Shown in pieces: positions 23,700 through 35,586 of a stretch of DNA of 64,000 nt. Under the pieces are notes generated by a model, which was not told the origin of the DNA, ran no database searches, and saw only the letters and a program-made list of their open reading frames with translations. Each line of letters starts with the position of its first letter. Within the stretch, counting starts at the first letter, position 1. The position numbers and the translations under genes are program-made. Source of the stretch: Raillietiella orientalis (Eukaryota); NCBI GenBank assembly GCA_036172245.1, contig JAYWIR010000051.1:62001-126000 (forward strand), read 5' to 3'.

Positions 23700-24275
23700 T
23701 AAAAAAAGAAATGCAATTATTTATATCAGCTCTCTGCTTATTCTATGTTTATTTGTTTGGTGTTTGTTGTGGTTTTGATTTCCTATCTATTTTTACGTGC
23801 CCACCATGTGGTTCTGTCTCTGCTTTTCTTCTTTTTTTCCTTTTTACTCTCCTTTGATCCTTTGAAGGAGCAACTTCTCTGCTTCTGTTCTTATTTATTC
23901 CTACCTGATTACTATTTGATTTACTTCATCAGTGTTTGCTTGTTCGCCATTTGTTCTTCCTTTTTCCGCCGTTCTTTTTTGCTTCTTCATTTCCGCTCCC
24001 ACTTGTCCGCTATTCGTTCTCTGCCTATTTACTCATTTTTATTTTTATTTTTGGTTCCGATTTCTTTTATTTCTTGGCTATTTATATGTGACCTTTGCTC
24101 TTCGCTCGTTCTTGACGTGTACACGAGGTGTTAGCCCTTCATTGTTGCGTACTGTGAATTTCCATTGTTTACCTTTGTTTGCTGTTAACTTTTGCGTGCT
24201 GTTTATGTTTACTTGTCCACTATTTCTTCTCTGTTTACTTTTGTTCACGTTCTCTCCCTCTCTCTCCCCCCTCCA
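23700..24275 (+). repeat. T/pyrimidine-rich low-complexity tract in intron 1
   Basis: About 570 nt dominated by T and C runs with a strong strand skew. Confidence 0.8.
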
Positions 24276-27200
24276 CGGCTAATGCGCGCACACGCGAAAC
24301 CGGGAGACCTCCCTGCAGAGAGAACGGCTTCGCGCGAAGCCTTTGGAGGACGGAATGCGCTCTCATCGCCAAAAGCATTCCTTCCCCGTCATCGTTTCCC
24401 CAGCGAGCCCCTCAGAACAGAGGCGGCTTCTTAGAGATTGACGTCGAAAGGCGCTGTTCTGTAGCCCTCATTCCCTTCATCTCCTAGAACTTGTTTATCC
24501 TTCGGGCAGGACAGGTGCGTGTGACCTTCCGACTTGCGGTAGGACGAGTCTTCACATTGGATATAGATTTTGCGCATGTGCATGTGCTCTCTCCCGCATT
24601 TTAGCATCCCGCGGGTGTCCATTTTCGTGGCTGGACACCTCCCTCCCAGGCAGTCACAACACGTGCCGCCACAGCCGGAGGAGCCTACGCGTCCCAAGTG
24701 GATCTATCGGGACGATCGCGGGGGACTCTGCATGGTGGCACGCCGACCGCGGAGCTCGCCACCCGCATCCGGTCTTGCGAATGCGCAAGACCGGATGCGC
24801 GAGAGAAGCAGTCAAGAAAGACCGAGTCAGCTCAACGTCCCATGTACCGAAGAGCGTGCCATGTCACCGAGAGCATGCGAACTGTCAGCAAGGAAGGCAA
24901 ACAAGAGAGAGTTTCAGACAGCTGGAGTCGATGTTAGCACATGCATGACGTGTGCCCTGACGCTGACCACCGAGTAGTTGCCAGCCAAGAGCGCTCTCTA
25001 CTCGGATGACGAGGGCGGGCGCGAGGCTGGGGCGCCGCTCGAGCGTAGGGAACATGAAGCAGCCTCCTCCCATTTTCCCGCCATCTCCGTGAATGTATCC
25101 TTGACACCCGCCGCCTCTGCTTCTGATGCTGCTGGAAGCGTCGCCAGTTACAGGACCCCTTGTTCGTGTCTCTGGAGCCTTTTCAGAACGGAATGTAGTC
25201 ATCCCGCAGGACAGCAAACTGACAAAAGGCGTCATCAGTTTGCAGGGACCGACCAGATGGCGCCCCACGAAATTGTGACGGACTGCCATATGCACCAGAA
25301 GCGAAAAGAGGGCTTTCGTTCCTTCTCCCTCATTCCATCGCCCGAATCTCTCCCTCCGCCGACGTCTCTTTTTGGCTCCTTCGTTGGGAACCACCGACGG
25401 TCTGCGTCGCGACTGGTTCCGCCGCGTGGTTACTCAGTGCGCCATTTTTGCTTTCTTCCGGAACTGGCCGTTTGCGGCTCCTCGGTACCACTGATCGCAG
25501 CTCAACGCATCCCGCGCATCGGGATACAAACGAGGCCGTTACTGTTCCCTCCTCCGCGACATCATCTAGCGCGCCCCGTTGGACGTTCTCTTGGAATGGC
25601 TTCTGTCCTTTACAAGATGACCTCGGCTGGAGTGGCTAAACGTGGAGTCCATTCAGTAGCTGGGAAGTGCGTGCCGGAAGGTGCCTCGAAGGCCCTCTCC
25701 CTCACGTCAGAAGACTCGTTACTCGTTGACGTGGGTGCCCTCTTGTACCTCCCTCACCTTCGCTGGTTGTTCCTTTGCAGCAGGTGTCGTCGAGTTGGCA
25801 GAATGCAAAGTCGAGGTATCCAATTTTTTGGAATTCCTCCTGCACATCCCGGTTCCGTTGGTTTGTTTTCGCGGGAGGGAGAAAGGATTCTCAACTCGGC
25901 GCAGAGGAACTTTCGAGAAAGGGAAAACTTAAAAAAGCAGCAAGAACTCAGCCAAGACAGGGAGAGAGACTCCCCGAAGAGCACGACTGGCCAGCAGCTG
26001 CCTTCGCAGATAAAGGCAAAAAGGATGGAAAGGAGGGGACCAGGGGGTACTATGCGCGCGTACTATGCCCCAGTCAGACAACGCCTTCTTTCGGACGTAG
26101 AAGAGCGACCAGCAGCAGTCGGCAGGATGGTATTCTGAACTGGAACTCCCGAGAGAAATCGAAATGGAATCCAGTGAACACTCGCGAGGCACCAGAGCAG
26201 GAATCCCAAGTCCATTGCAAGTAAAGGAATTTGTCTCTCGCTGCGAAGGAGCGCTTGCTCCTGGGTGATCAGATATAGGGCGAAAATAGGCTAGGAATCC
26301 TAAGCATGCTCGTCTTCCAAAAGAAAGAGGAAAAACGAATCCATAAATTCCGAGGAACTCGGAGAAATCTGATGTTACGCAGTAAGGCATTTGACAACCT
26401 TGCCGAATCCTCCAGAAAGTATTGGCAATGCAAGGATCCATTTCACAAAACACAACTGGTTCCACAGAAACATCTGTGCGGGCAATAAAAAAGTGAACAT
26501 GACGAACGATGAGAATACTGGAGGAATTCAGGAACACTGGAGTGCTCGTCTGATCTTGGCCCACGTGAGCAGGGAAACTTTTTCAACCTTTCCAAGTTAT
26601 CATTTGCCCGTGTTGCAATTCTGTGAAGCACAGCAAAGTGGATTGGCTATCGAGTAGTGAACCAAGAGTTCTGACCGTCCGCACACAGGATCCCATTTGC
26701 GCCAGGCTCTTCTACGCGAAGGAAATGGTTTAAAGGTCTATTGACGCTTGTTAAGGGTTAATTGGATTTTTCTGACCCATGCCGTTGAAGCTGCTGTGAA
26801 AGTGACTTCTTTAACTTGGTTTGTGCAAATGCAATTTCGGACTTCAAGAAGGTTCCAGATGCTTCTGGAATTTCCTTTGTTTAGTTTTCAAATAATGCTT
26901 CAACAAAAGGGAATCACTGGAAATAGGTTGAACGAATCGGTTTGTGGGCAGTACACGATAACTTAGTAATTCATAGTGGATAAGCACTCGCCGCTTTCGT
27001 GGCGAGTGAAGGCATTTTTCTACATGATTGACCCCTTTCGATAATCTCCTTACTTCTATACGCATAATTGCAGCTTATCGGTATGGTAATAATGATGACC
27101 AAATTCCTCTTTGACAAATAGATGAGACAGTAATGAATTCATGAATGAATTTTACTGTGGCACGGTGATAGATGTCGCTAAGATAGCAAGCATTCGGATA

Positions 27201-29439
27201 ATTTTTTCTAAAAACAGACAATAAAGGATGGAACCTTCTTTCCTGTACTGATCAAATGACATTTTTTGTGTATGTGTGTTTCCGGAGTGAAAACTAATGA
27301 GTGTTCAGAGTAGGATTCCAGGTTTCCCGAATATTCTGATTCTCCAAGATATCCCATTTACTTCCTGTTGTTGTCGATGCGCTTGTAATTATTCTTTCGC
27401 ACTTCGGGGACGATCTTTTCTCATAAATACAACAGCTTGTTGATCTGGCATTCCTGGTTTACAGCATTGCAAATTCCATTCATTGTTCAGAGTAAAAGCC
27501 ATCTTGATTTTTAATCTAAGCTCATCGGAGCAAAGAATCCTGTAATTTCCAAAATCTCAAGAACGCAGCAGAACAAAATCTGGTGTGGGCTACTTAATTC
27601 GATTAGCATTTGGGGTTGTTTATAGCATGTGCCAGTCACTCGCAATTTTCATGGTTTAACATTTCTGTTTAATTAGAATACGAGTGCTTGCTGGCTGCTG
27701 AACCGTGGCGCTGTTTACTCCCTAATCATTCGACGCTCGAGGCCTGAGTGCTTCCAATAAGACAGCGTTTTGGATGATAGGAAAAACGACAACGGGAGAC
27801 GCTTATTAAGAACAAGCACACATGCTGACTTCGGTCTTCTTTTCCCTGAATCCGATTCGGAATTACCTGGTGTGACCTTTGTTCCGCCTTTTCGTGGATT
27901 TGAGGAAACTCGAAAACCGATGGAAACGCATGCATGTCTTCTGTGTTTCTCTTCTAGAAGTAATTGGTTCCCCCCCTCCCCTCCCCCCACTTTCTTTCAT
28001 TATGCAGTTATTTGTGTTTACTTTGCCCTGTGCTCACGACAAACCGGAAGAATCCTTAGCAGCGCGCACGCGGTACCCATATGTTGCTTATCCTCCATGC
28101 TACCCGTAATTATTTCACAGCCTGAATACTTCATGTGTTGTCATTCGACGTTCGTGGCCACCGACGTGTCCTGAAGCAAAGGATCTTCGTGAAATTTCAA
28201 GATTATGAACTATTGATAGTCTCATTAAGCGCTCGCAAACAGTGAGCTCGGATAGCAGCAACGGGGAAGTGCGATTGGCCGGAAGCTGGCAGGCGTGCGG
28301 CTCCTTCCGTGTCCCGCACTTTGCTCGCCCCAGGACTCGGTCGGTTGCGCAGGCATTTCGGGCAAACATTCCACCCGTCCGAAGCAGCGCAGGTTGGGTC
28401 GAAGGCCCACGAACGAGGCGAAGAAATAGGAGATGGCTGGGCTTGCGTGCCCGCGCGCGATTTCCTCCTCCCTTGCGGTCGATGCGTCCACGCAGTCCGC
28501 CGTGCATGGTCCGTCCAGAAGGCATGCTGACCGCTGCGTGAACATCCGATCTCCTCCCAACTGATTATCGGCATTCCCGCGTGTTTTTGAATCGCCACTG
28601 GATATTGCGTTTTGTGGCAGATGCGCAGGCGGCCGACCCATCTGGTCAAACAATAAAAAGCACGCATCACCTTGCCTTCAAATCAAAATCTGGAGAGAGA
28701 GTAAAGCCGGGATGTAATGGGAGACGTTGAGTTCTTCGAATGCTTTTCCCCTTCTCGCTTTGAAGCTGCACGTATTTTTTTTCTTTTTCTCTTTTGCTCC
28801 GTTTCCTCTTGAGTTTGGACAGGAGAGCGAGTCTCTCAAGCTCCGAAATTAATTTGTGGAATCGATGACCTCACATCGAGGAACATTTCGCTGTCACCCC
28901 CGAACATTCGCAGGGTATGAAAATTTTTCAATTTCATACCCTCCTGACAGTCCTTCAGCATCCCGTGACACTCTTTAAGGGAGCGATCGCGCGTTGCTGT
29001 CACGAGTGCGCGTGATCGGCGGCTTCCTAACATCCTGAGGAACATGTGGGCGACGAAGACTCTTCGGCTTTGGCTCCGGAGACCGAATTCGTCCCCGCAG
29101 CGCAGGAGCGTCGCCGTCTCCAAGGTCTCTCAGCCCGCCGCACGTGCGACCTCCTCCCCCCCGTTCGAGCAGACCTTCCGTGCGGGGCGCTCCGCGTGCG
29201 GCAGTGAAGCAGCTGGTCGCGCCTAACTGGTCGCCCGGGGCGTTTGTCATCGACGACACGGGAAAGGCATCATTGGTTCGCTAATTACTCGGGAATCATT
29301 CTCCTGGGGGGTTGCGAAGCTCTTTGACGCTGTCCACGCCATCCGAGACTCTTTAGGCGTTACTCTTCGGGTCAGAGGTAACCCTGGACCACCCTGTGAA
29401 TCCATGAAGGGTTTCGGAGAAAAGAATCCTTTCCTCTCA

Positions 29440-29870
29440 CGCCTGGTAGGGAACCCCGAAGAGAACTTCTTCCTCGTTCTGTCCGGAGGGACCCCCGGAG
29501 GGGGTTGCTCCTGAATTTCTTCACCGAAGGGAACCCGGACAGGATCCAATTCCTGCTTCCTTTTCCTCTGAAGAGAACCCTGAAGGGACGCTTTCCTATT
29601 TCTCTCTTAAGGGTCTGCCTCCCCCAAGGGAGCAGCGCGTTCTTGACACTCTGGAGAGGCCATCCTTGAGGGGGGGGTATCAAACAGCTCCATGGTACGA
29701 GATGGTGGCTCCCTCCGGAGGGACCCTTTGGGGAGAGGCACCACCATTTTTACAACCACAGGGAAAACCCCGAAGGGAACCGACTCCCTGCTTCCTAGAA
29801 GAACAACGAAGGGTCGACTTCCCATCCCAGCTAGTTGACGGGAGCATCCGAAGGTTTCTGGCTTCCCCCA
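29440..29870 (+). repeat. Diverged dispersed repeat with internal GGAGGGACCC-like subunits, copy 1
   Basis: Shares TCCGGAGGGACCC, GACACTCTGGAGAGGC and GGGTCGACTTCC.ATCCC with 34960-35410. Confidence 0.7.
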
Positions 29871-32800
29871 GTGCCATTTCCGAAGTCACCCGGGGCCAAC
29901 CGGCGTCATCCTGCGCGAGGAGGTATTCGAAATCTACGAGCCCCCCCCCCCCATTTGTCTGGCGCCGATCCTTCCTTCTGGTGTGATTCGAACACGCACC
30001 GCGTGCTGCTACGCGGCCACCAACGAAGCCGGACTCTGGCTCTACCACGTGCGCTTCGAACCTATGTTTACCAAGACGTACCGACAAGTACCGATACGCA
30101 GACCGACAGGGCACGTCTCGGCAACAGAGGGGATGGGAACAAACAAACAAACAAACACCTCTGTGTATACATTTACACATACATACATAAGGAAGACCTT
30201 GAGGTGGGAGAGATCACAGACCGGGTCACACGGAACTTGACCCTCACAGACGACTTCCTGCAGTCGGTGCAGCGCCGTCTGATTCCGTTTGTTTTCCCGT
30301 GGACCTCGAAGAGCAGGCACGTTTCGACACCGTTTGCCTCCAGTCATCTGCGTGGAGGTCGGGCGGGAAGACCTACTCGCCAGTTGTGGTCGATGCAGTG
30401 GTCTCCGCGAAAGACAGAAGCGTGCTTAACGTGAGGATCCGTGACAGAGAGAGTTGAGGAGTCTGGATTCACTGATTCCGTGGAGAGCACGCTGATGTCT
30501 TAACGCAGTCCTTTCAGCATTTTTTTTTTTTTTTGGAACTTTCTGACTTCGCAGGTGCTCCTCATCAATCTCGCTGGCCATTCTTGGAACATTTGCTTTG
30601 GACTCTTGGTGCGCTACGCCGTCTCGATTTGGTACTTGAAAACTTTCCATCTTTGTTGGTTTCCGCAAACAGTTTGTTGAGAGCGGCAGGTTCGAAGAGC
30701 ACCGTGCACCTCGGATAGGTGAGCGCGCCCCACTGTGACCTCAAGAGTGAATTCCGGGCGAGGAATCCGGTATCCGAACCGGTGAAACAATCAAGATTAG
30801 GAAGTCGGTGCACCTCGAAGCTGTTTTCCCAGTGAGATGCGGCACCAGCAGCAGGAGACTTCGAAAAATCGTTGTCCCTGAACGGGGGAAAAGGGAGGGA
30901 ATAAGACGAAATGATGAAGAGCACCTTTAAGACGAGAGGAAACTTTTGCAAATGGATCCTTGGTTCCGAAAGACCGGGTCAAGTCTTCCACGACCACTGC
31001 CTTTCCGTTTTGCGTGAAGAGCCGCGAGGAAACTAGCACTACTCGAAAGAGGAGGATGAAACGGCAGCCAGGAACCTCACCGAATAAATAAAACAAGGTC
31101 AAGATGAACCTCAAGAATCCTACCAAGTAGTGCTGCGGTGATAAATTGTGATCTGAAGCCAGACGTTTGGAAAAAATTGCATCTCCTGCTTTTTGTGCAT
31201 CCAAGATACGATTGTCGAAACCATTAGTTTCCAGCCGTCTGCCCGTAGAGCACGCTGAGAGACACCGTTCAGCAACGTAAGATGTACAGTAGGATAGCCG
31301 GAAAAAGATGAGATCCATCAAACAGAATGCTACGAGGTCTCTGACCAAGTGATTTTTTTTTCTCCCTCCCCCTCCTTCCGTAACTTGCATGGCTTCACTT
31401 ACCGTGCCCATTGTGACGTTGGTGTGCCTCTTCTTGCTAAGGTTTCGAACCCAGACCCTCTGCCCCAATGGATGCGCTTCGTATGACGAACTCCTGGACT
31501 GTTGACAAAAGTTTTGGTTGCATCGCCCGATGGAATCGTTGCATTTCTTCATCAGACAAATGGCAGTCTGCACCTCAAAAAACGGTTTTTGGAAGCTAAC
31601 ACCACCACCGTGGCAAGGAAGAGCGCCACGGTGGTGGAGGTCTCTTCAGTATAATCGTGTAACAGCATCCAGCAAGAGTCTTGTTCGCACGGAAATAAAT
31701 GTCTGAAATTGCTTGCCTCTGGGGGAGAGAGGGATAGCTCGTCTTTCAGAGTTGGCTCCTAGATGGTCGGTTCCTTCCAGCTGTTTTGCACGTTTGGATC
31801 CAAAAAAAAAACAAAAGAAAGCAAGAAATGAAGAATCTGCAGCCCTCTCTGCTCTTATAGCAGAGCTGGGGGTCAGGAGTGGTTTTCTGTGTCGGTCGGT
31901 GCATGTTTGCAGCTACCTCTGACGCAAATTACCTCAGGCGTTCCTCTTCCTGGAGCATGTCCGGTTCTTTCCAATTTGTCACCTGTGGCTGGTCAGCAAC
32001 AGTCATAGCATCACACGTGCTCATTTATCTGTTGAAGCATCGCTCCAGGTGCCTCCCTAGAACGGAGAGAAAATGCTAATTATTGCCAGAGGACAACTCA
32101 ACCTCAAACAATCGTTCAATGACCACCAGTAAGCGACTGCGGAAAGCAGCCTCCAGTCTTGATGCTGGCGCGCCTATCCTGGGGAAGAAGAAAATCCTTT
32201 ATTTATGAGGTTTCCTATGTACGTGCGTGTTCCTCCCATTCCGCGCACCAGCGAAAGTTGCGTCCGAAACTCAGCCTGCGTCCGGGATTTGGATCCCAGT
32301 TTCTAGGGATGTGAAAGGTCTCGACGTCGACTCTCGGTCTTCTCGAAGAGAAGACTTCGCGTTGCCCTGTTGAAGGTCTAACGAAAATGTTCCAAAGCAT
32401 CCGTAAAGGTAGAGGTTGTGTTTGGTCGGCATGATGGATGGATAGAAAACGGGAACGTCTAGGACGGGCGGCGTTCGGTCGAAAGTCCGCAAGGAACTCC
32501 GAGACGCCACCTAGGAGCATTCCTTCGGCAAGAAGTTTTCCTAGACGGGGTTCCGGGCACGACGTGACGTGCAGATGCTTTGCTGTATTTCCTGTGCAGT
32601 TTCTCCCATCTCTGACCGCTGTCATCTACAGACATTCTGGTGCCAGCTTCCCTGCTTCTATAGATTACACTCTGTTCGGAATCATTTGGAACGGACATTT
32701 GGTTAAGGGAAATCTCGCAGTAGGCAGCTGAGGTCTGGAATATCCATGTTTGCCTGCAACTTCGAGTCCAAAGAGTTTCGTCTTTTCTCGCTTCCTTGGT

Positions 32801-34959
32801 ATGCTTCCGGAAATGACCTTCTCTGGAAGCAGCAGGCCGGAAAGCACGAATTACATCCGTTCCGGCTCCATCATTTCTTTGTTGGGCTCAGTTTGTTCCC
32901 AAGGAACGCCAAACCAGAACTTTTCAAGATTTCGGCATGCAGAGGCAAGCGTGCATCGTGCGCCGCTGGAGCAGTGATCCAAGAGCGCCCCTCCCCCCCT
33001 CCTCAGTTTCGTGGAAAATTACCGTTTTCGCGTTGGACCGCTGCATCCCCGGGATTGTTGAGCGCTAAAACGATCTCGAGTGCTTTACTTTCCGTGGGTA
33101 TGAGTCGGAAGCTGGGAGGACTCGCTTATCTGGAGCCATCTCTTTAGAGAGCTGGAGACAAAGGATGCCTTTCGGCTCACTAAGGGTTCCTCTGTCAGAT
33201 GTACGACATATCTTTTGTCCATGGTTATTTATTTTCCCCTCTCCTTTACATCTGATGGTGATACAGGAAAATTTCTTTTCCGGAAATGCTGGCTGTTTTG
33301 GGGAAACAAAGAACTCAAGGAACTCAGCATCCCGTATTTGTTCGTCAGAAATCGCTTGGATCTTTCTGTTCCCTCTTTTTTTTGTGCGTGTGTGTATGTG
33401 TGTGACGGAGAAGAAGGAAAGCGGGAGGTGGAATATAGTTTTTCGCTTATCCTTTCTTATGCCATCCAAGGATTGGCTCACTCGAGAGTTCGTGCTTGGG
33501 ACAGTTCCCTCTTGCATCCGTCCTACATTCTGTTCGTCCCTGACCTACCAGAGCGGCTACTTGGCCGTTACTTACCCCGATGGCGCGTGTCACCAGCTGG
33601 CTGAGACCTCGAGCTCTAGGAAGCGGGGAAACCTTGAGGAGGGGAGGGGGGAGGCTGGTGGCGGTGGTAGCGATTCCCAGTGAGCTCCCGTCGACCGTGG
33701 GCGCCAGCGGACGAGCCGGGTGGCGCGCAGCAGAGCCTCGCCGCGTCCCTGGAGCGTGAGGCTCCGCGTAGGGTGACTGGCGAAGCGAAAGCATCCGTGA
33801 GCTCGCCCGCGTGCTGGAAAATTCCATCCTCCTTCCCGTCCCGAGAAGCAAGCGGGAGCAGACCGAGAGATCGCTGCTCCCCCCCAACCCGGCAAAGCGT
33901 CTGGATCGGAATTGCCGGAGTAACGGGAGGACCGAGGTGGGAACTGCCGTTCGCTGCTGAAAATGGAAATCGGGAGTCTCGGCAGCGTTCCGGATCCGCG
34001 GAAAACCCGGAGGAAAATGTCCCGATCTCACGTTAACGCGCTTCATAAAATCCCGGACGCCAAAGTCGGGCACGTAGGGAAGGAGGGAGACCGGGAAGAG
34101 AGGAGCGCTTTGCGAGAGCAGGGGATTCCGCGGGAACGTTCCTCGTCTCGTGCTCACTGTTGATGGGCCTTCTGGATCGCATCGATCCCGAGCGAGCACA
34201 TCCCCCCTCTGCATGGAAATCGACGCCTCTCCCGTGACGTGCGCCGGTTCCAGAGGGGCCCCACTGCAGCTGAGCTTCCTGTCGCGATCGCAGAGGATCG
34301 AGCGCGCCGTGCCGTCTTCCTGACCTCCCCCCCCTTCCCTTCTCCCGCCGAGGTCGAACCTGAGCTGCCGGTCCTCGGAGCCGAAAAAGCCTTCCTTCGG
34401 ATCGCAGGGCAGAGGGCGCGGAGATCAAAAAGGAGCGGAGGGAACCGGATTCCTCCGTGGAGCAACGCTCTCCTGCAGCGGCCTCCCCGACTTCAGCTGG
34501 TCAGCGCGCGCACGTGAGCTCTCTCCGAGCGCTTACAGCGCCCGAGCGAAGACGTGAGGGCGTCGGGCGAGGCCCGGGCAGGCTCTGCAGCGGTCGCGGC
34601 TCCGGCGGACACGGAGGACGACAGTCGTCGGCGCATTGATGGGCTAGGCCTCTGGAAGTCCAGACAAACCGTTGCCAAGGCGTTCGCAAGCCTTAGCAAT
34701 GGTTTGCCAAGGCTTGCGAACACTCTTTCGTTTTCATGTTTTCCCTTATAAAGGCCAGTAGCGACGACGGCAGTCATTTTGGATTTTTCCCTCTCCCTGT
34801 TTTCCTTTCAGCTTTTTTTCCCGTTTCCGAGTTTCCCTTTTTTTGTCTTCTGGTTTGCCAAGTGCTGAAGAACCGTCCACCTCCTTGAGGGTGTGGGAGA
34901 GGTCACGAAGCTCTTTGGTGCCGCCTACGCCCACCCGGGTGCGTATTGGCTCTTCATGT

Positions 34960-35410
34960 TGACAGTTTCCCGGGAGGGGACCTCCCAGAAAGACTCCGGA
35001 GTAAGGAGTTTGTTCCTCTCGCTCTTGGGAGGGGGGCTCCCTCGAAGGGAGCCAGCCACCTCTTCCTGATTCTCTCCGGAGGGACCCGCCGGAGGAAGCC
35101 ACTCCATCATTTTCTTCTTCCGAGGGCACCCGCGAGGGAACCGCTCCCTGTTTCCCTCTCCTCGGAATTAGCCCCGAAGAGACGCTCCCGAATTTTTCTC
35201 AGGGGCTCACCACGAAGGGAGCGGCGCGCATTCTTGGACACTCTGGAGAGGCATCAACCAGCAGCTCCAGGGGGGTCCCTTCCCAGAATGGGAGGAACCT
35301 CTCCATTGGAGCGGCCGGAGGAGAACCTCGAAGGCTCCTTGATTCCTGGAAGGACCCCCCGTGGGGTCGACTTCCGATCCCGGCGAGCCAACGGGAACAT
35401 CCGCGGGTTT
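34960..35410 (+). repeat. Diverged dispersed repeat, copy 2
   Basis: Homologous blocks as described for 29440-29870. Confidence 0.7.
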
Positions 35411-35503
35411 CCGCCGGTACTGCCGCATCCGAAGTCTGCGGGCCAGCCAGCGCCATCCTGCAGAGGGGGGCTCGAATAAACTCACGACGTGCTAATTTTT
35501 CTC

Positions 35504-35586
35504 TGGTTCCCCCGGGCGGGATTCGAACCCACAGCGCTTGGTGGTGCCGCGCGCGGGCACCGCAGCCACGAGGCCGCCGAAGCGGG
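35504..35586 (-). mobile_element. tRNA-derived SINE-like head or tRNA pseudogene
   Basis: The minus strand has an A-box-like CGGCCTCGTGG, a T-arm/B box GTGGGTTCGAATCCCGC and an acceptor-like CTTCGG/CCGGGG ending ACCA. No canonical anticodon arm. Confidence 0.55.

Noticed and set aside
24978..26138. 386-aa ORF in intron 1
   Set aside because: No recognisable domain, non-ATG start and S/R/P-rich composition expected by chance.
31400..31480. GQRVWVRN..GTV peptide on the minus strand resembling a Gypsy integrase C-terminus
   Set aside because: Too short, with no supporting integrase core or LTRs.
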